Assembly (NCBI RefSeq): GCF_000143415.4
Contig: NW_003314394.1
Location: forward strand, 299,025 to 363,024
DNA from: Selaginella moellendorffii
Taxonomy: Eukaryota > Plantae > Lycopodiophyta
DNA: 64,000 nt
Direction of reading: 5' to 3'
This document shows positions 1 to 11,798 of this stretch, piece after piece (the first letter of the stretch is position 1; each line of letters starts with the position of its first letter). The position numbers and the translations under genes are program-made. The notes below the pieces were generated by a model that was given only the letters and a program-made list of their open reading frames with translations, did no database searches and was not told the origin of the DNA.

Positions 1-82
1 TAAAGACCATTAATATTAGGGGTTTGCCATTTTAAAATAGAAATTGTAAAATTTTCCACTTTTCCATAACATGTAAGTTCAA

Positions 83-605
83 TCTTTCTCTTTGACTTTG
101 TTTTAGGATCACTTCTTAAAGCAGAAAAATAAATTTAGTATGCTTGAAGATGTCTTCTATAGTATAAAGAACTTAACTTAATGTTAAACCCAAAACAAGC
201 AAAAAATATATAATATTTTATAATATGCTTTTCAGTGGGATATTTAGTACATATACATAATAAATAAATGGACTAGATTTAATAATTAAATCAATGAATA
301 ATATGGTTTTCCTCAATCAAATAACATACATTACTTTTCCATGTGACAACAGAGGAAGAAGAATGTATTCATTATGAATGTTATTTGATCTTTCTCTTTA
401 ACTTTGTTTTTTCTTAAGGCAGAAAAATAAATTTAATATTCTTTATAGTTCCGTTATCCTATATTCTAAAGAAATTAACTCAAAACAAGCAAAAGTAACA
501 TAAAAATCATTTAAGCTTTTTGGTGGCATATATTTGATTTTTTGCCAATTCTAATGGTAGATTTAATAATCAAATCAATGGATACTATAGTTGTGCTCAA
601 TCAAA
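83..605. repeat. Degenerate AT-rich direct duplication (~83-321 vs ~390-605)
   Basis: Shared blocks in the same order: tctttctcttt, gcagaaaaataaattta, caaaacaagcaaaa, tagatttaataa..aaatcaatg, ctcaatcaaa. Confidence 0.7.
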
Positions 606-1079
606 CGGCTCAAAGTTAAATAGTTTTCAAAAATTTAAATAAACATAAGGTTATTCTTATTGCATATCAACGAATCTCAATCATATTTATATTTATACTT
701 ATATAGCTAAATTCTCTTTTATCTTATATGCAAGAACTAATTTATCAGTTCTTGAAGTAAATTGGAGTTTTAATTTGTTTTTCGCCATTTACATATTAAA
801 TCTTTAGAAGTCATGATAATTGTCAACATCAACAGGATAAACCTAAAACTACAAAAGGTATTTGAAGAATACTTTCTATTTTTCTTTTATAACATTTATA
901 TGATAGATTCAGACTTAAATAATAATTTTAAAGTAAATGACAGTCATGTAAGTTGCGTCCTATTGGGTGTTGAAGAGAAACACGAAACAGATGTGCCAAG
1001 CATAGGGCAGATCTTAAGTACCTAGCATGACTTCAAGAAAGGAGTTGCCTGGATTATAGAGCAAGCACTGGGTGAAAAG

Positions 1080-3037
1080 ATGAGACCTTTGGAAATAGCA
1101 ATTCTCATAGTAGGCAGCCGGGGAGATGTGCAGCCGATTGTTGCCATCGCAAGGCATATGCAGCGAGTAAGTACTAGTCGAGAAGTTCAATTCGATCTTA
1201 ATATCACTGCATTTGTAAACAGAAGTACAACCATCGAATCAGAGTAGCAACACATGTGGACTTCAGGAATCTGGTGATTGAGGGCGGCCTTGACTTCTAT
1301 CCCTTGGGTGGAGATCCAAAGATACTTGTCCAATGTACTTCGCTTGATGCTTAAATCCTTCTCTGACATTGATTTCATCTACACATGGCAGAGAACAACG
1401 GATGCATTCTTCCCTTGCGTTTCAGCCGCATCTCCATTTACAGGAAGCAGCTAAGAGCGATCATCAACTCAGTGCTGCCAGCGTGCACTGAGCCTAGCAT
1501 TCTGAATCCCTCGTTCCGAGCACAAGCCATACTAGCAAACCCAATGGCATACGGTATTTTGTTTATATCTTTGCAGCAACTTAAGCTTTTGTAATGATGT
1601 TGCTGCAGGTCATGTGCACATTGCTGAGTATCTCAATGTTCCATTCCATTTGATATCTGCAATCCCCTGGACGTAAGTTGTAAGGCTTTCATTCTTATGT
1701 TGAAAGCTCAACCCCTTGTAACAGGCCAACCAGTGAGATTCTTCACCCATGTCTTCGTATCAAAGGACTGGATAATAAGGTAAACACTGAAAGAATTTCT
1801 TTCAGATTTGGTTTTGCTTTCTGGCTGCATACAGATGACATACAAGCTAGTGGATGTGTTTATGTGGCTGAGTTCTGGCTCCTTGTTGAACAAACTACGC
1901 AAAGACCAGCTCAAGCTCGATCCGCTTCCACTTTTGAGCAGCTTCATAGACTCCAATGTGTCCGCGACGTACACATGGAGTCCACACCTCCAAGCCTAAA
2001 GGTGGGAATGAATCTTGATTCATGAAATTGATCTGTTGTCTGTGATCAGACTGGGGCGAGAACGTGGATGTGACTGGATTTTGCTTCTTGGATCAAGCAC
2101 ACGATTTCAAACCACCTTTGGGGCTTCTCAGTTGGCTAGAATCCGGGCAACCTCCCATACATATCGGGTTTGGCAGCTTGGTGAGATGAAAAACTTGGAA
2201 ACGTTTTCATTCTGAACTAACCTCATCAAAACCATGCTCTATTGATTAGCCTATGCAGGATCCAGAGCGCACAACAGAAATCATCATAGAAGCTCTCAAA
2301 CTGACCGGCCAAAGAGGGATCATTTCCAAGGGCTGGGCTGGACTGGGTGGTGAATCAAGTACACCAAGTCATGTTCATTATATCACTAGTCGATTGAATT
2401 TCTGCATCCTCCTTGCAGCTGAATTCCCAGACCACATTTACGTGCTGGATGAAATTCCTCACGACTGGCTGTTTCCTCGCTGTTCTGGAGTCATCAACCA
2501 CGGAGGCGTTGGCACAGTTGCTGCAAGCCTCAGGGCTGGGGTAACAAAATTGTGGACTCATTTTCTTCTTCTGAATTACGACCTTGGCAAATATATTGTG
2601 CAGTGTCCAACAGCAGTGGTCCATGCATGTAGTGATCAAGAGCTCTGGGGTGAAATTGTTCATTCAAATGGGGCTGGACCAGCACCGATCCACATATCTC
2701 AAATCTCCCTGCAGACAATGGTCCAGTCTATTCTCTACTTGATCAAGCCTGAAGTATTGCTCGATTTTTCTTTGCTGTTTTTCAAAATTATTGTTATAAC
2801 CAGGTTTATTTTCAGGTCAAAGAGAGAGCCATTCAATTATCCGAATGGCTGCAGCAAGAGAGTGCTATCGAGGCAGCAGTGAGATCCATTCATAAGCATC
2901 TTGATAAGAGTTTCAAGACGAATGATTATTGTAAGAATGAGCCGAGTATGCCCGGGCACTGGGACAGAGTTTACTGCTGCTTTGTGTTTGCCTGCGTATT
3001 CATGAGAGAGTTACTTACAAGAAAGTTGGATAATTAA
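1080..3037 (+). pseudogene. Sterol 3-beta-glucosyltransferase (UGT80-like), multi-exon, frameshifted at ~1990
   Basis: Exons encode IAILIVGSRGDVQP, RVATH, FYPLGGDP, ANPMAYGHVH, DWGENVDVTGFCFL, HIGFGSL, PHDWLFPRC, HGGVGTVAASLRAG. WSPHL is followed by a frame break before KPK-DWG. The start codon is uncertain. Confidence 0.75.
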
Positions 3038-3429
3038 ATAATTAGTGTATATTATTATATAATGCATGGAAAATGGAAAAGTATAGTACCATCTCCAACT
3101 TTCACTTCAGCTCTTCAAAATAACCCATCGATGCTTGGTGTTGGGCAGACCCTTGCAAGAAAAATCAACCAGCTATAAAATTTGACAATTTTGCAATAAA
3201 AGTTTTCATCCTTTTTTGAAGTTAATTACAACATCACACACCCAATAACAAATATCACTGCCATGACTATGTCTTTATCTTTGTCTTTGATCACACAATA
3301 GCAAATATCACAACCATGACCATGTACTCATATTTGTTTTTGAACACCAGCAACAGTAAAGGATTTCCTTCAGGCTTCTTGAATCTTTATAAGTCATGGT
3401 AATTGTCAACAATTTGTACTATACGTTTT

Positions 3430-5984
3430 TTACAATGTCTTTTTTACGTCCTTTTGTTCTGTAAAGATTTTCACCAGGTTGACGAGGCCCTGGAACTTTT
3501 CCACGACTGTAAGCCCGTAAAACATTCTTACCAGAGCCTCCTCAAACTGAAAAGCATTCTCCGCTACGGGATACTGCCACAGCGAAGACGAGGATGATTA
3601 CTACACAGTGAAGGAAAAGTGAGGTTTTCTTACCTGAAGTGGCTTGGGAATCACTGTCTTGAAAAAGGAAAATCGATCCTCGGCGATAGATTTCACCAGA
3701 CAGCAGCCTCGAAGCCCTTCAACGCCGGCAAACTTTCCAAAACCGCTGTTCTTCACACCTCCAAAAGGAAGAGACTGCAGAAGAGGCAATCCTGGTGCTT
3801 TACAAAATGGACGAAGAAAAGTTTAGAGTACCTGGCACATATAAGTTACTGCAAAATCGTTGATAGCCGCCATTCCACAGTAGATTTTCGAAGCAATAGC
3901 AACAGCTCGCTCCTTGTTGGCCGAGAAAACCGAGCATCCTAGTCCAAAGTTGGAGTCATTTGCCAAAGTGATAGCTTCCTCGTCGCTGTGGAACTTCATG
4001 ATGGGAATTATTGGACCAAAGATCTAGACAGAGCTTCACATATGTAAATCACTTGGAAATGAAAAGGATAACAAAGCTGCATACCTCTTCTTGCATCAAG
4101 CGCATTGAGTGATTGACATTCAAGAGAACAGTCGGAGGATAAAACTGTCCAACGACAGAGTTCCCAAAATCTGGGAGAACCAGATCTCCACGAACTGCAA
4201 TCTCGGCACCTTTAGTAACAGCGTCATTTACCAAAGCTTGCAAGCGATCAGTGTGTTCTTGTATGCACACTGCTCCCATGTCAAACAGACCCTCTAGAGG
4301 TGGCCCCTGTAAGAAGAGAGTTCGAACGATTCGAGAGTCGAGATTACAAAACCTCACTTACCATTCGGACTGTTCTCACGATTCTTACTACTTCATCCAC
4401 AAACTGCTGGTAAATTTGAGCATGAATGTAAAATCTCTCGGCACCGGCACAGTTTTGGCCGCTTGACTGCAGAGCCGCTCTTGCAGCTATCTGAGCAACC
4501 TGGACAAATTCGAAAAAAACATTCGAGTTTCAACAGAAAAACTTAGCCAACAGAAAACTTGCCTGTAAAACATCTGCGTCTTCACAGACGATAAAAGGAT
4601 CTTTTCCACCGAGCTCCAAAACCACAGGAGTTAATGTTTTAGCAGCTTGTTCCATCACCTGCATCGATACAACATAAATGACCAGATAGAAAACTCAAAC
4701 AGCTACCATTTTCCCGACGGCTGTTGAGCCAACGAATATCAATTTGTCCACAAGACTAACAAGCGCTTTTCCAGTTTCACCGTATCTGCCAGACTTCTTC
4801 AAGATAAATGCAAGAGTATAGAAGAATTCGCGTACCCTGTGATGACATGAACAAGATCAGCGGGTGCTCCCGCGGCACGAAGAGCAGCTTTGATAATTCG
4901 AGAATAGAAAAACGCCGACCAGCTTGCATGCTCTGAGACCTTTGCAAGTTAAACGTTTAGCAGCCATCGAAGAGAAGAGATCGATCATACCTTAATAACA
5001 ATAGCATTGCCAGCGAACACTGCAGAGACCATGGGATTTAAAATGTTATGAAATGGATAGTTCCATGGAACGATGGCCCCGATGACGCCAATAGGTGAGT
5101 ACTCTACTCTTGCAGTCTTGTGAAGCATCATTCTTCCAGCAGATCTAAGAAAAGAAAAACGAAAATGTTAGAAGAAAAAGAAAAACAACATGAAGAGCTT
5201 TACGAGCCTGTATTCCGGCTGAAGCCATTGCTCGCCTTGGCCAACGAGCCAGCTTATCTTCTCACAAGTTGTCAAAATCTCCCCCAGCGCAGCATCAACT
5301 AGAGTTTTTCCAGAATCTCTTGCTGACACTCTGAAATGCGAAAAACAAACTCGTATAAGCACATCATTGTACGCAAGCCACTTACTCACAAATGAGCTCT
5401 TGATGATCGATGGTGTACTTGAGCAAAATTCTCAGTAGCTGTCGTCGCTTCTCAAAGCTACTCCGAGCCCATTTCTTCTGAGCTTCTCGGGCTCTGGCGA
5501 CGTGATCACTAACCTGGACAACTCCAAAACCAAGAGAAGAAAAAGAAGAAGAACATGAGAAAAATGCGCAAAGAAATTTCCCAGCTCGCTCACCTCATCG
5601 AAATTCAATGCAGGTAACTGGCCGAGGTACTTCATGGTAGCCGGATCGTAACACTGCACAGTATCCTCGTCGCCACTCCTCCTTCTAGCCACCTGAAAGA
5701 CATTTTTCCAGATCAAGACCTTTCCTTCTCGCTGCTTCCTAGCTCACTCCACACACATGAGAATGTAGCTTACATAGATATAGCTATCGTCGTCCCCGCC
5801 CTTGCCCAGCATCACTGCGCCAAGAAAATCCCTTGATCGATGCGAGAAAGGAATCAATCGAATCGCGCTTACCGTCGGAGGTATCAACCACGATCTCGGG
5901 CACCACGGGCGGGATGAGCAGCATGAGGAGGCGGCAGAGGTAGAAGAGGATCGCCAAGATCGCCACGGCCCACAGCACATCCAT
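3430..5984 (-). CDS. ALDH22A1: Aldehyde dehydrogenase family 22 (N-terminal membrane anchor), multi-exon
   Basis: Hydrophobic N-terminus [16 protein letters not shown]; [29 protein letters not shown], catalytic [30 protein letters not shown]; GT-AG introns plus one GC-AG; stop at 3430. Confidence 0.9.
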
Positions 5985-6075
5985 GGCGATGGAAAACGAA
6001 AAAACCTAGCCCTTCCAATCAAATCGGGAATATACCTTTGCCTCTACTCTCGAGGTTTAGGGTTTTTGGGCAGCG
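5985..6075. promoter_or_regulatory. 91-bp divergent intergenic region with a telo-box (TTAGGGTTT, 6057-6065)
   Basis: ATGs at 5984 (-) and 6076 (+); AAACCCTAA on the minus strand. Confidence 0.55.
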
Positions 6076-6579
6076 ATGGCGGATCTCTTCCAGGGACCGG
6101 CACCGCCGTGGTGCATTGGCGCGGTGTTTCGAGCGCCACATTTGCGAGCCGGCGCCGATCGTAAGCTCGATCTAGCGATATTTCCAGCTCTGATTGATCG
6201 ATCGTCTTCTACAGGCGGGCCTCTGCTGTTTGATTCCGTGGGAGAGCCTCAACAAATACTGTCGACGGGGTGTAAGCTACATCTCTTTGATCATCCGATT
6301 CCTCCCCTTGAGAAGGTTTCTCGAAAATTTCGACCCCAATGCTGGATTTTTCTCATTGTGCGCTTGTTTTGTCCGCAGCAATCACGCTACGCGGAGGAGG
6401 ACGCATCGATCGGCTACACCCCCGATTCTCTCCTCCACGGGCTCGTCCAGGAGGACACAGCTGCGAAGGTTGCTATGATCCACGACAGTAACAACATTTT
6501 TGGAAACAGACTGGAGTGTATGCAAGTGTGTTCTAAGTTTCTTACTCTTGTTCTCTCATTTGATTATTCTTCTTCTTCT

Positions 6580-6631
<52 letters not shown>

Positions 6632-9290
6632 GTCAAGATGGAAAGCTCCAGCTCACATTTCCCGTTGGTGAGAACTTCAACAGTATAGGAAGCATACTTT
6701 GCGAGCGTGATCCCGCTGGTCGCTTGTGTCCTCTAAAAAAGCAAGAGGACGAGCCGGACAGTGAGTGGCTCGGTGGCGTGAGAATGTCAGTCTCACCAAC
6801 ATTGAATCATCCCATCCGCCAGGTACTTGTTACCTCTTTCTCTCGTTCTCTTCTTTACTTCGGTTTCAGTTATCAGCGATGAAGATTTCGAATTCAAGTG
6901 TAGATGAGAACATCCTAGTAGCTAGGACTCAGCATCAAGTACATGTTATGAACGTTCTAAGAGAAGTAACTTTTTTTTTTTTTTTTTTTGGGCTTCGATA
7001 GCTTGATCAGGAGTTTACAGGAAGATCGTGTATGCTTTGCTTCACGCTCAGTGACGACTTACCGCCAGGGTGTATCTCATGTAAGCTTTTCATTTTGTGT
7101 TTCATGATGGTGGATCACGATGCGGCTTCCGCAGGTGGTCTGGAGTCCTTATATCGAGGGAGAACTTGCAACTGTCCTGGAGTCTGGGGAGGTTTTCGTT
7201 TACAATGTGCACTCCACTAAACAGTCTACAAACAATCTACGAGCGAACTTTGTAGTACAGGCGCGCATGGTCGAGGCTGCAACGGCCGACGGAAGTGGCG
7301 CTGCTAAGTTTCCAAAGGCTGTGGTTGCCGAGATTTGGAATCTCAGGCGGAGCTGGTGGCGAGTCGAGTATGGTTGGCATCCGAAGCTGCTTGTCATAGC
7401 GAACGCAGAGGACATTCTTTTATCCGACTTAAGACATGGCAACGCGACTACTCTACTTGGTACTGTTGGAAACAGCAAAAATTACTGCCATCAGAGGCGC
7501 TGCGAACAGGATCGCTTCGTAGCTATAGTGCGCCCTGAGGATCGTGGTTATCATTTTGCTGCTGCAACTATGGAACATATCATGCTCTTCGACATTCGCA
7601 GGCCAAGAATGCCACTACTTCAGGTTTGTATCTTCTACTTTCTGCTAGCCTGATTCTTGATTTTTCCCTTTTTCATTCTGTAGTGGGAACACTCAATGCA
7701 CGACGATTCTCCCGGATATTTGTCTATGCATCCTCTGTCATGGCTCCGGCCTGAGGAAGATAATGGCGCAGGTAATGAGTTTGCAGGTAACGTGAGTTTT
7801 GATGATTATGTCGTGCAGGAAGAGTTATTCTGGCTGCGAGCTTTCGGTCTGGTGATGTTCGAGCATTCTGCTATGGTCCTCAAGCGCCATCTACTGCAAT
7901 CGTGTCAGGAGCAAGTTCCAGATTTCGTGAGATAGAGGAAGCGTACTGTGCGTGGGATCTTCCGTCTAAGATTTTCACTTCTCGTCCTCGGAAACTATCC
8001 ATGACGGCACTTTATGATTCTCTTTCCACTGGAACGCAGGACAGCTATATTGAAAGCCTGTCTGGAGTTGCGGTTCTGCCTGGGGCAAAGACTGGTTTCA
8101 GCTTGTTGCAACTTACGGGTACAGGTGACATTCTGAATCAACCTTATATCGCTTCCAAGACCTTGAAGAGAGAAAAGAGCACTAAGTTGTGCGAGTATCC
8201 TGATCGTTTAATAGGTGGGTTTGAATTGTTTCATGGTTTTTCTCCTCTAACCATGATATATGCAGCTAAGAACAAGAAGAAGCTTGTTATGAAAAATTGC
8301 TCTTTCCCAGCTATGCTCAACTGTATGACTAGCTTCTGAAGCGTTGTGTTTTCTGACGCTGTTTTTCTTTGCAGACGTGAAACACGGACTGGATTGTCTT
8401 GCGGCTTTGGGGTCATCTCATGAAAGCAAACGTATACTATGGGACTGTGCTTGTACTAGTTTTGACTGGAATTGCGGTGATTTGCAGGGCTGAAGGCAAC
8501 AGTGATGGACCCTGTGGAAGACTACCAGGATCGCATATACAAGGTTTTGTCGGACGTTGAAGTCTTTCTCTCGAAGTATCCTTTTTCTTTTTCCTGGCTT
8601 CTTCTTTGTGTGTCTTGACGATTTTCAAGCCATGAGATATCGTTTAAGGTACTGCTCATGGGTCTATCAAAAGATCTAGCACTACACGCAGCAAAGATGC
8701 CGTCAAACGTCACAGGATATATTGATGTTACTGATAGAACACCTTATCTTCGACCACCGCTGAAATATTTGGAAATGCAAGAAACTCCGGTTCCAGTTCC
8801 GTTGCCGGTGCTTCTGGAAATTCAGGCTAAGGAAGGCAACAGAAAGGCAACAAAAGAGAGCTTCCAAGCTGCCTGTGACGCGGTTGAAACAGTAACATCC
8901 AGCTTAAGAAAGAAACAGGAAGAACCAATTGTGTCTCTTGGTCAAGGTGAAGATGCAAGCTTCAATTTGTCCCAGCAGTTACTATTCCACTCAAAGCACT
9001 CAGATTCTGGAGCATCATCGTCATCGAGCACTGGCAGCATGAAATCCCAGATTTATGTTGGATCACAAGAACTAGTTGGAGGAGAAGCTGGGTCGTCGAA
9101 AGTTTTCGGGCGACTCAAATCAGGTTCGTCTGCTCTCAGTCGATATTCTTATTTTGATTTTCTTTCCCTGCTGACAGATGAATTTGAACCGTCAACGTTT
9201 GGGGCCTTGGAGCGCTTGCAAATGGACTTTGAGAAATGGCAGCAAAACTATGCTCCATACGTAAACTACTGTAAAGGAAAACGTCTGTAA
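6076..9290 (+). CDS. RNA polymerase I TBP-associated factor subunit C-like (TAF1C/Rrn6-like), multi-exon
   Basis: Motifs recalled from plant TAF1C-like proteins: WCIGAVFRAP..GPLLF, VVWSPYIEGE, WRVEYGWHPKLLVIA..LSDLR, LFDIRRPRMPLLQW, YCAWDLPS, C-terminal FEKWQQNY..Y. Confidence 0.7.
6583..6627. repeat. (GT)n microsatellite in an intron
   Basis: About 22 TG units directly before a CAG acceptor. Confidence 0.95.
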
Positions 9291-9344
9291 GGCGAGCCTC
9301 GGGAAATACCGATTCAACGCTTTCTATTTACATTCTTCGTTTTG

Positions 9345-10289
9345 TTATTTAGTTACTATGCATCTAGTAGGCGAGCCATCAGAGCCGATTAATGCTGCTG
9401 GAAGGCAATTCAGCGTATAGAAACCGGATTGAACGTTGTCCAAGTTCAATCCTTCCACGAGTACGACTCCCTGTAAGGTAAACATATATTGCAGCATTGA
9501 TAAAGCAGGCTAACTCAACTCACCTTGCTCAGGAGGGGCTTGTGCGTCGCATCCGGCTCGTTGTAAACTCCGACGGAAAGGTAGTCGAGTCCTGTATATA
9601 TGCGCGTGAGAACAAAGAAGCACCAAACGGAACGTACCGATGAGCTTAAGGGATGTGTTCTGAGCTATCCATTCTGCTCCGTCTTTGGTCAGTGCGGTGA
9701 AATCCGACGTGAACTCTCGCTTCCACATGAGCCTCCTGGGATTATGGCTTACTATCAGATTCTCCTCTCAATTCATTTTTCTTGGAGAGCTAACCGTTCT
9801 GTATTCAGTGTTCTGAATAGCACGCGCTCAACTCCAGAGGGGACGACGTTCTTGACAACCTCGGCTGTTATGTTTTGATCCTTCGGTGTCTCCACCACAA
9901 GCACAAGTCCTGGTAACAAAATGCTTGGTTTAAGAAAAACTAACTGGCTGTGTACCAGTGAGGATGTCAAGCTTGAGACTGTTGGTGGTGTCGACTCCAT
10001 TCAGGAAATCCTTCTGGAGAAAATGGCTTGGCGAATCAACATGTGTTCCAGTGTGCACGATGAGCTTGAGTTCCGAGACATTGACAAGGGATCCATTGAC
10101 GATACTTGCGACGAGACTTACAACCTTTCCGAGTCCCTCCTTGGAATCCCACACGGGTAAATCTTGTCGAAGAGCGTGCGTTATGTCTGTTATCTGACGA
10201 GCCTCCTCAACTGCAGCTAGCTCACGAGCTCCTGTCCGGACTGTCAAAGCCATCACCATCAGATTAATCAAAAGCCCGAACAAAGCCAT
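9345..10289 (-). CDS. Cyclase-family protein (kynurenine formamidase-like) with signal peptide
   Basis: [11 protein letters not shown] metal motif, [36 protein letters not shown]; stop at 9345. Confidence 0.9.
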
Positions 10290-11798
10290 GCGTGAAAGCT
10301 TTCTCTTCAAGACGCTGAGTTTGAATGCTCGCTTCTCACTCTTCACTGGTAAGATCTTAACATGAAATAATAAATTCACTTTCGTGGGAATTTATGTTGT
10401 GACTTTGACGCGTTTTTTTTGCTGCCGAACGTACAGGAGAAGCGAGTACTTGGGAGAAACATTCCCGCTCCCAGCCAAAACAACGAATTCCTCCTCTTCT
10501 CTTCCACCCAAGGTACTTTGTTTTTCTATCTTTTCTTTCCGCTCGCTCTGTTTCTAGCAAGGAACGAATGTCTGGAATCGTGCCATGACATGTCACTGCG
10601 TGTTGCAGGGCCCTTTGTTTAGTCGCTAAGCGATGGAAGTTGTTCTTGACATGAAAGGGACACAGTGGCCGAAAGCAAAATGGAGGAGCAAAGCAACCAA
10701 CGACACAGGCAAGAAAAGAAGATCACTCAAGTGTTCTTTGGCTTCACGGGAGAGTTTTTCGCAGATCTTGCGAGATTTGGACGCGCCAGCGATCGAGCGA
10801 GCTTGATTGATTGAGCGTAAGTTTGGTCGCTTGAATTGCTGCTTTTAAAGGAATGTAGAGCTAACTTTACTGCCGCAGATCAAACAAAGACACATTAATT
10901 CGCGCCACATGAATGTCAAAACACTATTTTTTCCTCACCAGGTGAAAAAATATTCGTTGTTTTTTTCAAACATTCTAACTGGAGGATATTCTTTTCTTAA
11001 CGGAATGGTTAAGCCAGGAAAATGCGGCGTGACCTGGCGCCACGTTTTGCGACGGGGCCCACCGCGTGGGATCGGCGCCGTTGGTTGTAGATATCGGACG
11101 GCTGGGCTTGCCGGCGCTCGGGGATTGGGCCACGAGTCGAGATGGTGACCGTCGATGCGAGTGAAATGGACGGCCGACAGTTTCGTCGCCGAGGGAGGGA
11201 AGTGAAAGGCTTTAGAGGTGAGAGAGAGGCTCTTCTTCTTCTCTGTTTGGAGAGCGCGACGAAAGAGAAAGAAACCCCTGGTAGGGTTCGTGCTCGGTGT
11301 CAATTCGATCGTGGCGGCCGCCATTGCGATGCGTGAGAAAGATACGAGGTGAGCAAGGATCCTTTCCTCTCCCGCCGATGATCCGAAATCTCTCCTTGCA
11401 TCGCGGAATGCAGGTCCTGGCGCCTGGTACTGCGCAAGAAAATGGTGTGATTCTCAAAGACCTCGCTGGATTTCGCTGTACGTGAGGCGAGAATTCCACT
11501 GGCAAGGCCAAAGGCGGGGCATGCGTTTCGTGCCTGGAGCGAGAGGCGCTACACACGCATTCCTGATGCTTCGACGGCGACTAGTGAGAATTTCGAGGTA
11601 CAAGAAATCTGCGTTACACTACAGCGTGGTCTGAATCAATGCTCTTCTCCAAAACTGTATAGGAGTGGATTGGCCGCGAGAGCTCGTAGCAGCCATCATA
11701 GTCTCTAGCGATTCCTAGAGGTAAGCTATGCTTGGAGTTGGAGTTTCTTCTTTTACTTAGCGGCTTGCTTCCATGGCCCAGGAAGGAAGACTACTACC

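Noticed and set aside
11329-11710. Upstream spliced ATG-initiated frames as TRM coding exons or uORFs
   Set aside because: The frames I tried end in stops before 11799 and cannot be resolved without cDNA
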